NCBI GenBank assembly: GCA_027366675.1
Contig: DAHXND010000180.1
Span: 1-51,419, forward strand
Direction of reading: 5' to 3'
From: Acidimicrobiales bacterium
Lineage (GTDB): Bacteria > Actinomycetota > Acidimicrobiia > Acidimicrobiales > JAMCQF01
Length of the DNA: 51,419 nt
In this document: positions 1-7,777 of the stretch, piece after piece
How positions within the stretch are numbered: the first letter of the stretch is position 1
How the letters are laid out: every line of letters starts with the position of its first letter
The notes under the pieces: generated by a model
Seen by the model: only the letters and a program-made list of their open reading frames with translations
Told to the model about the DNA's origin: nothing
The model's database searches: none
Position numbers and translations under genes: made by a program

Positions 1-498
1 CGGCGCCTCTGCAGTGAAGTGCACGATCCCCCCCGATGCTTTATGGATCAGCACCGGCGTCACCTCGTTCGAGCCGAAGTCCGCCACGAGAGCCAGCGTT
101 CCCGATGGCGCCACTGCCACCGCATCGGGTTCCGATCCGACCCCGACGCGGTCTATGACAGCTCCAGAACGCGTGTCTACTACGCCCAGGGTGTCAGCAC
201 CCCAGTCTGCCGATAGCAGGTAACGTCCGGATGGACTTAGGGCCAGAGCTATGGGCATGGCGGCAGCGCCGATGCGCCGGGCCAAGTCTATTGGCCTGCC
301 AGCAGCGCCGGTGGCGAGATCGACCGGGGTGACCGTGTTGCCTGGGTCAGCCATGGTCGCCAGGTTCGCGACCCATGCCTCCCCTCCGTGAGAAGCGCGC
401 GAAGCGAGCCCTCTCGAGCAGGAGGAAAGCGACAGGGCGGATAGGGCAGCCAGGCTCACCAGTAGGAGCAGGCGGGACGACCTCTGTCTGAGGGGCAC
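1..498 (-). CDS. YVTN-type beta-propeller repeat lipoprotein. The 3' end runs off the left edge, leaving the N-terminal 166 codons.
   Basis: Absent from the ORF track because it has no ATG and is edge-truncated. Hand translation of the minus strand from GTG at 498 gives VPLRQRSSRLLLLVSLAALSALSLSSCS, a signal peptide plus an L-S-S-C lipobox. It continues with PIALALSPSGRYLLSADWGADTLGVVDTRSGAVIDRVGVGSEPDAVAVAPSGTLALVADFGSNEV, the 40-residue YVTN propeller pattern. The frame stays open to position 1. Confidence 0.55.
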   Translation of the reverse strand, partial: MPLRQRSSRLLLLVSLAALSALSLSSCSRGLASRASHGGEAWVANLATMADPGNTVTPVDLATGAAGRPIDLARRIGAAAMPIALALSPSGRYLLSADWGADTLGVVDTRSGAVIDRVGVGSEPDAVAVAPSGTLALVADFGSNEVTPVLIHKASGGIVHFTAEAP

Positions 499-543
499 GG
501 AGAAACCTTACGTGCTGTCCCGATTCGGGTACCATGCACTTGC

Positions 544-996
544 GTGGACATCATGCCGGAGAACCCAGCCAGATCCCTGGAGGACGCGGGCGGCGAGCGG
601 CCGGCCCTCCCCGCAGTCGCCGGCATGCACACGACCGCTTCCCTGGAAACGACCCCGGCCCTCCCCGCAGTCGCCGGCATGGAGGCGAGCGCTGCTTTGG
701 ACCTGGCCGACCTGGCCGAGACTCTGGACCTTGTTGACATCTGTCTGGCCCGCCTGGATGCAGGCACGTACGGAACCTGTGCTACATGTGGCATCCCACT
801 GCCGGAGCCACTGCTCGAGGCCGATCCCCTGCGCCAGCACTGCTCTATGCACGATCCCGGGTCTTCCCGGGATCTCAGGATGCGGGAAGGGCCCGGGCCG
901 CTTTCCCACTCCCCGGAGCCCCTGGGTCTGAGCTCCCAGCCGGCTCATCAGTCGACTGAGCCCGGCGCCGCACTCAGTGACATCGAAGACATCTGA
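544..996 (+). CDS. TraR/DksA-family zinc-finger protein (variant C-x2-C-x17-C-x2-H finger)
   Basis: LARLDAGTYGTCATCGIPLPEPLLEADPLRQHCSMH matches the DksA/TraR C4 finger spacing, with the last Cys replaced by His. The start is uncertain: in-frame ATGs at 544, 553, 625 and 679, the last two lying inside an exact 27-nt repeat. Confidence 0.55.
   Translation: MDIMPENPARSLEDAGGERPALPAVAGMHTTASLETTPALPAVAGMEASAALDLADLAETLDLVDICLARLDAGTYGTCATCGIPLPEPLLEADPLRQHCSMHDPGSSRDLRMREGPGPLSHSPEPLGLSSQPAHQSTEPGAALSDIEDI
601..681 (+). repeat. Exact 27-nt direct repeat ccggccctccccgcagtcgccggcatg (601-627 and 655-681), 54 nt apart and in frame
   Basis: Read directly from the sequence. Each copy encodes (R/T)PALPAVAGM and ends in an in-frame ATG. 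Confidence 0.9.
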
Positions 997-1042
997 CAAC
1001 CGCAGCTAACCGATGGTACAGAGAGTAGAGAGAGGAGCGACC

Positions 1043-1891
1043 ATGGCACTTCCCGTCCAGAAGCTGGGGACCGTCTATGACGAGCGCCGGGCGGTGATCG
1101 ACCCTGACAGAGCAAAGGCGTACGCGGCGGCGACGAACGACGATAATCCCGCGTACCTGAGCGGGCGGCTCGCTCCTCTGGTATTCGGAGTCGTTCCCGT
1201 CTGGGAAGCCATGAGCCTTGCTGTAATGGATGTGGTGCCGGCTGATGCCCTGCTCATGGTTGTCCACGGCGAGCAGGACATGCACTTTCTGGAGCCCCTT
1301 GTCCCGGGTGCCACCCTCGTCACCCGTGCGGAGGCCTACAACATTCGTGTGGGCAGCTCTGGGTCACGTTTCGCTGTCAAGTCCACGAGCAGGGATGCCG
1401 ATAGTGATTACGTGGTCCTGGAGCAATATGCCACCATGTTCGTCCGGGGCATGAGCGATGGCGAGAGCGGTGGCCCCGATCTGCCTGACCACTCGTTCCC
1501 GGAGGCTGTTCGGTCCGATGAGGTCGGCAGTTTCGGCGTGCACGTAGATAAGGACCAGACGTATCGCTACGCCGATGCCTCGGGGGATCCCATGCCCATA
1601 CACCTGGACGAGAATGTGGCCAGGAGCGTAGGGCTCCCGGGCATCATCGCTCACGGGCTCTGCACCATGGCTATGACCAGCCAAGCGGTCGTGAAGCTGG
1701 CGGCTGGCGGTGACCCCGCTCGGGTGAGGCGTCTTGCGGTTCGCTTCGCGAAGCCTGTCTTCCCGGGTAATGATGTGGTCACCACGATCTACGAGGCCGG
1801 CTCAGCGAACGGCGGGAGGGCATACGCTTTCGAAGCTGAGAGCGCCGGTGCCCAGGTCATCGTGAACGGGCGCGCCGAGGTGAGCTTGTGA
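1043..1891 (+). CDS. MaoC-family double hot-dog dehydratase / (R)-specific enoyl-CoA hydratase
   Basis: The N-terminal half (YAAATNDDNPAYL) and the C-terminal half (YADASGDPMPIHLDENVARSVGLPGIIAHGLCTMA) are both typical MaoC hot-dog motifs. AGGAG lies 7 nt upstream of ATG 1043. The track ORF starts at 1013. Confidence 0.8.
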   Translation: MALPVQKLGTVYDERRAVIDPDRAKAYAAATNDDNPAYLSGRLAPLVFGVVPVWEAMSLAVMDVVPADALLMVVHGEQDMHFLEPLVPGATLVTRAEAYNIRVGSSGSRFAVKSTSRDADSDYVVLEQYATMFVRGMSDGESGGPDLPDHSFPEAVRSDEVGSFGVHVDKDQTYRYADASGDPMPIHLDENVARSVGLPGIIAHGLCTMAMTSQAVVKLAAGGDPARVRRLAVRFAKPVFPGNDVVTTIYEAGSANGGRAYAFEAESAGAQVIVNGRAEVSL

Positions 1892-2025
1892 AGCCGTGGA
1901 GGCCGGCTACAGGACGGCGGGTCGAGTAAAGGAGCGGGTCCACCAAGGGAGGATCCCAGCTGGCCTTCCAGGCGGAGCATCTCTGGGTGGAGAGCCTCAA
2001 GTGGCTCGCAGGAGCGGGTCCAGAG

Positions 2026-2126
2026 CAGTGAAGCGTAAAGCGAGCAGGAGTCCCCCGCCTGGCTCCTCGCTGGCAAGCATCTCATCAGAGGAGGCAGCAG
2101 TGAAGCGTGAAGGGAGCAAGGGTCCC
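2026..2126 (+). repeat. Imperfect 30-nt direct repeat (2026-2055 and 2097-2126, 26/30 identical) inside a 454-nt non-coding gap
   Basis: The copies are gcagtgaagcgtaaagcgagcaggagtccc and gcagtgaagcgtgaagggagcaagggtccc. A second 12-mer, ggagcgggtcca, repeats at 1931-1942 and 2012-2023. Confidence 0.85.
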
Positions 2127-2345
2127 GGAGACGGGGTGCCGGTAGCTCCGCCGCGTGTGTGGGCGGAGAGACATGGACGGGCGTCACTAGGTCTGGCAGG
2201 GATTATGAGATTTATCGGCCCACCTGCTTCCCCCGGGGCCTCGTTCCTGTGGGCTCGCTATTCGCTACCTGGTGACAAGCCGTCGCAGGGGCGATACGCT
2301 TGCACTCATGGGGTGCGCCAGGTCGGCAGTCTTCCGGGGTTCTTC

Positions 2346-2921
2346 ATGGAGGTAGAGCGATCTTCCCGTCTCGAGCTCCTCAGGGACCCTGGCTTCCTTG
2401 CCAATCTCGGATCCCTGTCGAACGCCGAGTTGCGTGCGCTGCGCTCTGGATGCGCGGAGGTGGAGGTCGTGCTGTCCTACGTTCGCCGCCTCGCTCAGGC
2501 TCGTTCCGATATCCTGGCGTCCCTGATGGAGCAGCTCGCGGACGGCGTGACCGCTGAAGAGGCTGCCGGAGGCGTGCGTGAGCACCTACCCGAGATCCTT
2601 GGAGCCCAGGAGAGGCCACCGGGCATGGGGCACATGACGGAGCTCTTGGCCCCGGACCAGGAGGATCCTGACTACGAGCGCCTCCTCGATGCCTTGGACG
2701 CGATAGTGGACGGCGATGAGCTCGGGCGTCTCGGTGACCTTGCGGCTACCGGGATAGAGAATCTCGAAGTGATACACAGTGCTCTGGTGGAGTTCGAGGC
2801 AGGAGTCTCGTCGGAGCGCCGCCGCCTCCACGAGGTGATCGATAACATCCAGAGCGAGATGGTTAGTCGCTACCGCTCGGGTGCCGCTCTCGTGGACGAG
2901 ATCCTTGCGGAACGGCCATGA
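2346..2921 (+). CDS. rsiG: RsiG-like anti-sigma factor candidate (c-di-GMP-binding coiled-coil family, often annotated as aerial mycelium formation protein)
   Basis: The 191-aa protein starts at ATG 2346. It contains E40-x3-S-x2-R-x3-Q-x3-D55 (EVVLSYVRRLAQARSD), an exact match to the published RsiG c-di-GMP motif E(X)3S(X)2R(X)3Q(X)3D. A second copy lies 111 residues downstream with Q replaced by H (EAGVSSERRRLHEVID). The 150 codons upstream in the track ORF (from 1896) look non-coding. Confidence 0.6.
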   Translation: MEVERSSRLELLRDPGFLANLGSLSNAELRALRSGCAEVEVVLSYVRRLAQARSDILASLMEQLADGVTAEEAAGGVREHLPEILGAQERPPGMGHMTELLAPDQEDPDYERLLDALDAIVDGDELGRLGDLAATGIENLEVIHSALVEFEAGVSSERRRLHEVIDNIQSEMVSRYRSGAALVDEILAERP

Positions 2922-2964
2922 GGAACCAGCCAGGTGGCCGGTTATCTCGTATGGAGATCGGCTG

Positions 2965-3495
2965 ATGGATATCCCCGACAGGTGGCGTGACCTCGGGGAG
3001 TTCATCAGGGAGCAGCGGAACACCGCTCGGCTGTCGCTACGGCGCCTGAGCGAGCTCGCCGGCATCTCGAATCCCTACCTGAGCCAGATCGAGCGTGGGC
3101 TACGACGGCCATCCGCAGAGATACTCCAGCAGATAGCCCGGGCGCTCAGGATCTCGGCTGAGACGTTGTACGTCAGAGCGGGGATCCTCGAGGAGCGTGA
3201 CGGGGAAGTGGATGTTCCCCGGATGATCCTGGCCGACCCCCACTTGAGCGAGGACCAGAAGCAGGCGCTCATACGGATCTACCTCTCTTTTCGCTACGAG
3301 AGTGATTCGGCGCTCGCTAGCGCACCCGGGCAGTGGGAGGGATCTTCCGAGGTAGGCCATAGCCTCGATTCCGAAGATCGTGGACCGGTTGTGCCCGGGG
3401 ATCAGCCGGCATACCAGGGGGATGACTCGCCATCCGGCAACTCTGCTCCAGAGCAGCTGGGTCAGGTCGAGGCAGGCGGCGTCGCGATAGCCTGA
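2965..3495 (+). CDS. XRE-family helix-turn-helix transcriptional regulator
   Basis: LGEFIREQRNTARLSLRRLSELAGISNPYLSQIERGLRRPSAEILQQIARALRISAETLY is a canonical XRE/Cro HTH. ATG 2965 was chosen over the track start at 2881, which overlaps the rsiG end. The C-terminal roughly 60 aa are low complexity. Confidence 0.7.
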   Translation: MDIPDRWRDLGEFIREQRNTARLSLRRLSELAGISNPYLSQIERGLRRPSAEILQQIARALRISAETLYVRAGILEERDGEVDVPRMILADPHLSEDQKQALIRIYLSFRYESDSALASAPGQWEGSSEVGHSLDSEDRGPVVPGDQPAYQGDDSPSGNSAPEQLGQVEAGGVAIA

Positions 3496-3576
3496 GGGCC
3501 CAGGATCCCGTGCCGGCTCCCGGGCCAGGCGCTCGGTCTGGCGAGGCCGCTGCCGGCAGGAGGGCCGGGAGCGCTT

Positions 3577-4878
3577 ATGCTCCCTGGCGTGCATCGGATT
3601 GCTTTCATCTGCCTGCACACGTCGCCACTGGCCCAGGCAGGATCTGGTGATGGCGGAGGTATGAACGTCTACGTGCGCGAGCTCGCCACTGCGCTCGCCC
3701 GCGGTGGCGACGAGTGCCTGGTGTTCACCCGAGCGGACCGGAGCGGTCTCCCCGAGCGGGTCGAGGTCGAACCTGGCTTCGTGGTGCACTACCTGAGAGC
3801 AGGACCAGAACGCGGGCTGCCGAAGGGGGAGCTGGCGGGCCATGTGGAGGCGTTCACCGATGCCATGGCTGATGTGCTCGAAGATGCGGGCGGCTGTGAC
3901 ATGCTCTTTGCCCACTACTGGCTCTCCGGCCTGGCTGCTCATGCGCTGAAGCACGAGCTGGAGCTTCCACTCGTTACCACGTTTCACACTCTCGCTCGGG
4001 TGAAGGAGCAGGCCGGCACCGGCTTACCGGCCCCGCCAGCCTCAGATCTCGCCGGTCTTGCTTCCTTCCCGATGTCACGTTTCGGGGATGATCCCGCGTG
4101 GCGGGCAGATGCCGAAGAGGAGATCGTCAGCTGCTCTGATGCCCTGATCGTGTCCACGCCCGTCGAGGCCAGGCAGCTCGCGGATCTTTACGGAGCAGAC
4201 CTCGCACGGGTGGCTGTGGTGCCACCTGGGGTGGATCCGGCATATTACGGGCCCGGCGATCAGGCGCAGGCCAGGCGAGCGCTGGGACTCGGCATCGATG
4301 ACCCGCTGTTGCTTTTCGTAGGGCGGATCCAGCCCCTGAAAGGCGCGCCCGTGGCAGTGAGGGTGCTTGCCTCGGTGAAGGAGCAGGGCGTGAACGCCCG
4401 GCTGGTGATACTAGGTGGCCCGAGCGGCCCGGATGGCGAGAGCGAGCTTGCCAGGATACACGATCTCGTCGACGGTCTCGGCCTCTTTGGATCGGTCAAG
4501 TTCGTCGAGCCCCAGCCGCACGAGCTGCTCCCGACCTTCTACAGAGCTGCAGACGTTTGCTTGATGCCGAGCCGCTCCGAGTCCTTCGGCTTGGTAGCTC
4601 TGGAGTCTGCAGCCTGTGGTGTGCCTGTGGTCGCCTCGGCTGTAGGTGGCCTCACCAGCCTGGTGCTGCCGGCCAAGACCGGCATGCTAGTGGGTCCAGA
4701 CGACATAGACGGCTTCACCAGTGCTGTCATGGCGTTGCTGACTGGTCCGGCCTGGCGCAGGGAGATGGGGCGTAGAGCAGTAGCCCGTGCCAGGTCTTAC
4801 CGCTGGGACGCTGCCGCTATGGGTGTGCGCCGCATCTGCGAGCGCCTTAGGGGAGAGAAGCCGGTGGTGTGCCGGTGA
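3577..4878 (+). CDS. mshA: D-inositol-3-phosphate glycosyltransferase (mycothiol biosynthesis, GT4)
   Basis: N-terminal signature HRIAFICLHTSPLAQAGSGDGGGMNVYVRELA plus the GT4 C-terminal core (PSRSESFGLVALESAACGVPVVAS). Confidence 0.8.
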   Translation: MLPGVHRIAFICLHTSPLAQAGSGDGGGMNVYVRELATALARGGDECLVFTRADRSGLPERVEVEPGFVVHYLRAGPERGLPKGELAGHVEAFTDAMADVLEDAGGCDMLFAHYWLSGLAAHALKHELELPLVTTFHTLARVKEQAGTGLPAPPASDLAGLASFPMSRFGDDPAWRADAEEEIVSCSDALIVSTPVEARQLADLYGADLARVAVVPPGVDPAYYGPGDQAQARRALGLGIDDPLLLFVGRIQPLKGAPVAVRVLASVKEQGVNARLVILGGPSGPDGESELARIHDLVDGLGLFGSVKFVEPQPHELLPTFYRAADVCLMPSRSESFGLVALESAACGVPVVASAVGGLTSLVLPAKTGMLVGPDDIDGFTSAVMALLTGPAWRREMGRRAVARARSYRWDAAAMGVRRICERLRGEKPVVCR

Positions 4879-5699
4879 CGGGGCAACCCGGCCGGCTGCG
4901 CCTCGCCATCATTGGCGGTGGGAGGATGGGATCGGCTATTCTGAGAGGCCTCGTATCCTCGGCCTGGTCGGGCCCATCGGAGCTGGCTGTCGTCGAGAAG
5001 GACGAGGGTCGCCTGGCTGAGGTCATCACGTCATATCCCGAGGTGCTTGCCGTCAGTGATCCGGGCAAGCTTCCGGCGAGGCCCGAAGGGGCGATCCTGG
5101 CGGTCAAGCCTCAGGATGCCTCCCGCTCAGCGGCAGCGCTTGCTGGCTGCGCATTCCCGCCCCCTAGGGTCCTTTCCGTCATGGCCGGTATAAGCATGGG
5201 TAGCCTGCGCTCTCTCTTGCCTGGCGATACCGTGGTCCTGCGCGCGATGCCGAACACCCCGGCTCTCGTTGGCCGGGCCATATCGGCTCTGGCCCTTGAC
5301 GCTGATCTGGAAGAGGCCGATCTGGCATGGGCCGAGTCGCTGCTGAGCGCCATAGGTGCAGTTCTCCGGGTGCCCGAAGACTTGATCGACGCTGTGACCG
5401 GGTTGTCTGGATCTGGCCCGGCGTACGTATGCCTGGTAGTCGAAGCCCTGATCGAAGGTGGTGTTGCTGCGGGCCTGGCCAGGGACATAGCGGAGAAGCT
5501 TGCCGTCCACACGGTTGCCGGCACCGGAGAGCTGCTGCTCGGCAGCGGGGAGGCACCTGGCACCCTGCGGGCGGCTGTTACCTCGCCTGGCGGCACGACG
5601 GCTGCTGGTTTGCAGGTTCTGGAGGCTCACGCCGTGCGGGCGGCTTTCGCAGAGGCGGTGCTGGCGGCGACCCGCCGCTCGAGGGAGCTCGGCGCCTGA
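4869..5699 (+). CDS. proC: Pyrroline-5-carboxylate reductase
   Basis: LAIIGGGRMGSAIL Rossmann motif, MPNTPALVG and VTSPGGTTAAGLQVLE signatures. The GTG start overlaps the mshA stop. Confidence 0.9.
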   Translation: MPVTGQPGRLRLAIIGGGRMGSAILRGLVSSAWSGPSELAVVEKDEGRLAEVITSYPEVLAVSDPGKLPARPEGAILAVKPQDASRSAAALAGCAFPPPRVLSVMAGISMGSLRSLLPGDTVVLRAMPNTPALVGRAISALALDADLEEADLAWAESLLSAIGAVLRVPEDLIDAVTGLSGSGPAYVCLVVEALIEGGVAAGLARDIAEKLAVHTVAGTGELLLGSGEAPGTLRAAVTSPGGTTAAGLQVLEAHAVRAAFAEAVLAATRRSRELGA

Positions 5700-5802
5700 G
5701 GCGGCTGCCCTCACATGGCTGGTAGGTGTGGTAGATCAGACATATGGAGCCGGGTGGCTTCGCTGGTAGCTGGCCCGATGCCGGGCAGAGCTGAAGGTCA
5801 GG

Positions 5803-5808
5803 TAGAAT
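5803..5808 (+). promoter_or_regulatory. Candidate -10 hexamer TAGAAT upstream of the small HTH gene
   Basis: TAGAAT lies 27 nt upstream of ATG 5836 and is followed by a GGAGGAGG Shine-Dalgarno. No convincing -35 was seen. Confidence 0.25.
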
Positions 5809-5835
5809 GCCATTGGGCGGAGGAGGTGGTCCATA

Positions 5836-6030
5836 ATGAAGGCACGACAGCCCGAGACGCGGTTTTTGACCGTCGGCGAGGTGGCAGAGATGTTGCGCGT
5901 CTCCACCATGACCGTTTACAGGCTGATCCGGCAGGGAGAGATTCCCGCGGTGCGCGTGGGGAAGTCGTACCGCTTGGTGAAGGAAGACTTCGATCGCTAC
6001 CTGGCGGATCGTTACACGCGAGCTGGTTGA
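5836..6030 (+). CDS. Excisionase/MerR-type small helix-turn-helix DNA-binding protein
   Basis: FLTVGEVAEMLRVSTMTVYRLIRQGEIPAVRVGKSYRL is the excisionase-family HTH. Its position directly after proC matches the conserved actinobacterial proC-HTH arrangement. Confidence 0.8.
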   Translation: MKARQPETRFLTVGEVAEMLRVSTMTVYRLIRQGEIPAVRVGKSYRLVKEDFDRYLADRYTRAG

Positions 6031-6084
6031 TTCCACTGAGGTTGTCCGGTAGCAGGTGACGCCTCGGGCGTTCTCGCGGATCCC

Positions 6085-7026
6085 GTGATGTCGAACGTCT
6101 ACTTCATGAGTGACTACGGACTCGATGATGAGTTCGTAGGGGTGGTTCATTCGGTTATCTCTCGCTTGGTTCCCGGCGTGCAGGTAGTCGATATCTCACA
6201 CGGGATCCGGCCCGGTGACGTCTTTTCGGCAGCCATGATGTTGGAACGTGCGCTGCCCTATCTAGGGCCCGGAGTGGTTCTGGCAGTAGTGGACCCCGGC
6301 GTCGGCACGAACAGGCGTGCGCTTGGCATACAGGCTCCTCTGGCGCCGGCCTCCATGCCAGGCGCCCCTCGGGCGCCAGCTTCAAGAAGGCTAGTCCACC
6401 AGGGAGAGCGCTTCTTTGTAGGTCCCGACAACGGGGTCTTCACGATGGCCATCGAAGCCCTGGGAGGGCCGCAGCGAGCGGTAGCGCTGCACCCACCCGG
6501 CGATATCGGCCGATCTGCTGGACCGGGCTGGGTTCCGGCTGCGGGGCCGACATTCGATGGGCGCGACCGGTTTGCCCTGGCGGCAGCTCGTCTTTGCCAC
6601 GGCGAGGAGCTGACCGGGCTCGGGACTGTGGTGGATCCAGGGTCGCTCGTCTCGATCGAGCGACCCGGGTCTCTGATCGCCGGTGGCAGGCTGGGTACCG
6701 TAGTTGCCTGGGTGGATCGTTTCGGGAATGCCGAGCTTGCCTGTGATCCAGGCCTGCTCCACCGATTCGTGCCAGACGCTGGACCTACCTGGCGGATCTG
6801 GGTTCCTTCACAGCCTTCACCTCTGCCTCTGAAGCTGGTGGACACGTTTGGCGAGCTTCCCGCTGGTGAGCTCGGTGGCCTGGTGGACAGCGCAGGGAAG
6901 CTGGCTCTCGTGATGGCGAACCAGTCTGCAGCGGCGTACCTGCGTCTCGATGCGGGAAGCGAGGTCTTCCTGGCGCCAGATGGCGGGCCGTGCTCCTCAG
7001 GAGCTCGGCGCGGGTCCGAGCTGTGA
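6085..7026 (+). CDS. SAM hydrolase / SAM-dependent halogenase family protein (DUF62, S-adenosyl-L-methionine hydroxide adenosyltransferase-like)
   Basis: VYFMSDYGLDDEFVGVVHSVI...VVDISHGI...LAVVDPGVGTNRR...FVGPDNGVF...VDRFGN are the family hallmarks. Confidence 0.75.
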   Translation: MMSNVYFMSDYGLDDEFVGVVHSVISRLVPGVQVVDISHGIRPGDVFSAAMMLERALPYLGPGVVLAVVDPGVGTNRRALGIQAPLAPASMPGAPRAPASRRLVHQGERFFVGPDNGVFTMAIEALGGPQRAVALHPPGDIGRSAGPGWVPAAGPTFDGRDRFALAAARLCHGEELTGLGTVVDPGSLVSIERPGSLIAGGRLGTVVAWVDRFGNAELACDPGLLHRFVPDAGPTWRIWVPSQPSPLPLKLVDTFGELPAGELGGLVDSAGKLALVMANQSAAAYLRLDAGSEVFLAPDGGPCSSGARRGSEL

Positions 7027-7661
7027 GCGAGGCAGCGTCCCGGAGGATCCCGGATGTCACCGTGGAGCGGCTGCCCGTCTACAGGCGAGCCGCCATGGAC
7101 CTCCTCTCGGCCGGGATGCGTGCAGCGTCGTCGGATCTGCTGGCAAAGCGTGCCGGGGTAAGCGCAGCGACCCTCAGGAAGGATCTCTCCTACTTGGGCT
7201 CCTTCGGGACGAGGGGATCCGGCTACGAGCTCTCCTTCCTTCTCGGGCAGGTGGATCGCCAGCTCGGCCTTGACCGGGCGTGGCCGATAGCCATAATCGG
7301 GATCGGGAATCTGGGGAGGGCGCTGGCCAGCGCGCCAGGCTTTGCAGGGCGTGGCTTTCGGGTAGCGGCTCTTCTCGATGTCGATCCTCATGTGGTCGGC
7401 CAGTTCGTTAATGGCATAGAGATCCTTCACCTGGAGGAGCTGCCCAGGATGGCAGATAAGAGCCAGATCGCCATAGGGGTTATAACCACACCAGCTCGCG
7501 CCGCCCAGGAGGTGGCCGGGGCCCTGGAGGCGGTCCATACCATGGCGATCTTGAATTTCGCGCCCGTAGTGCTCCAGGTCGGCAAAGGGGTGGCTGTGAG
7601 GAATGTGGAGCTCGCCACAGAGCTCCAGATATTGAGCTTCCACCGCTTGCACAGGTTCTAG
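7023..7661 (+). CDS. rex: Redox-sensing transcriptional repressor Rex
   Basis: IPDVTVERLPVYRR (winged-helix N-terminus), LSYLGSFGTRGSGY and IIGIGNLGRALA (NADH Rossmann). GTG 7023 overlaps the preceding stop (GTGA). Confidence 0.9.
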   Translation: MSEAASRRIPDVTVERLPVYRRAAMDLLSAGMRAASSDLLAKRAGVSAATLRKDLSYLGSFGTRGSGYELSFLLGQVDRQLGLDRAWPIAIIGIGNLGRALASAPGFAGRGFRVAALLDVDPHVVGQFVNGIEILHLEELPRMADKSQIAIGVITTPARAAQEVAGALEAVHTMAILNFAPVVLQVGKGVAVRNVELATELQILSFHRLHRF

Positions 7662-7777
7662 GCTCGAAGAGCTGGTCGGGATAGTTCGGCCCCGGGGCTC
7701 ACCTGGTCGCGCCGGGCCGACTGGCAGGAATGGCTCGAAAGAGAGAAGCTGGTAGCCAGCCCCGAGGAGGAAGCATC

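Noticed and set aside
2097-2140. Resemblance of gaagggagcaagggtcccggagacgggg to the SRP RNA helix-8 region. RNase P, tmRNA and 6S RNA were also considered for the 1892-2345 gap.
   Set aside because: The conserved SRP GGAA tetraloop / AGCA loop arrangement cannot be built. The RNase P P4 strings (GAGGAAAGUCC) and tmRNA termini are absent on both strands. The question is left to a covariance-model scan.
1896-2345. The supplied ORF 1896-2921 would add 150 N-terminal codons to the RsiG-like protein.
   Set aside because: The extra peptide is Arg/Gly/Pro-rich, with no recognisable fold or codon bias. RsiG-family proteins are about 190-200 aa, and ATG 2346 yields exactly the conserved part. The region is treated as non-coding (see finding).
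6258-7652. Very long antisense ORFs. Examples: 6258-7652 (464 aa), 3100-3987, 10407-11741, 11312-12211, 23343-24248, 26255-27166, 32066-32992 and 40126-40965.
   Set aside because: Each lies opposite a gene with unmistakable family motifs (DUF62/rex, XRE/mshA, hemD, hemB, nuoG, nuoI, nuoN, surface protein). Their translations are Arg/Pro/Gly-rich, the usual stop-poor shadow frames of GC-rich DNA.
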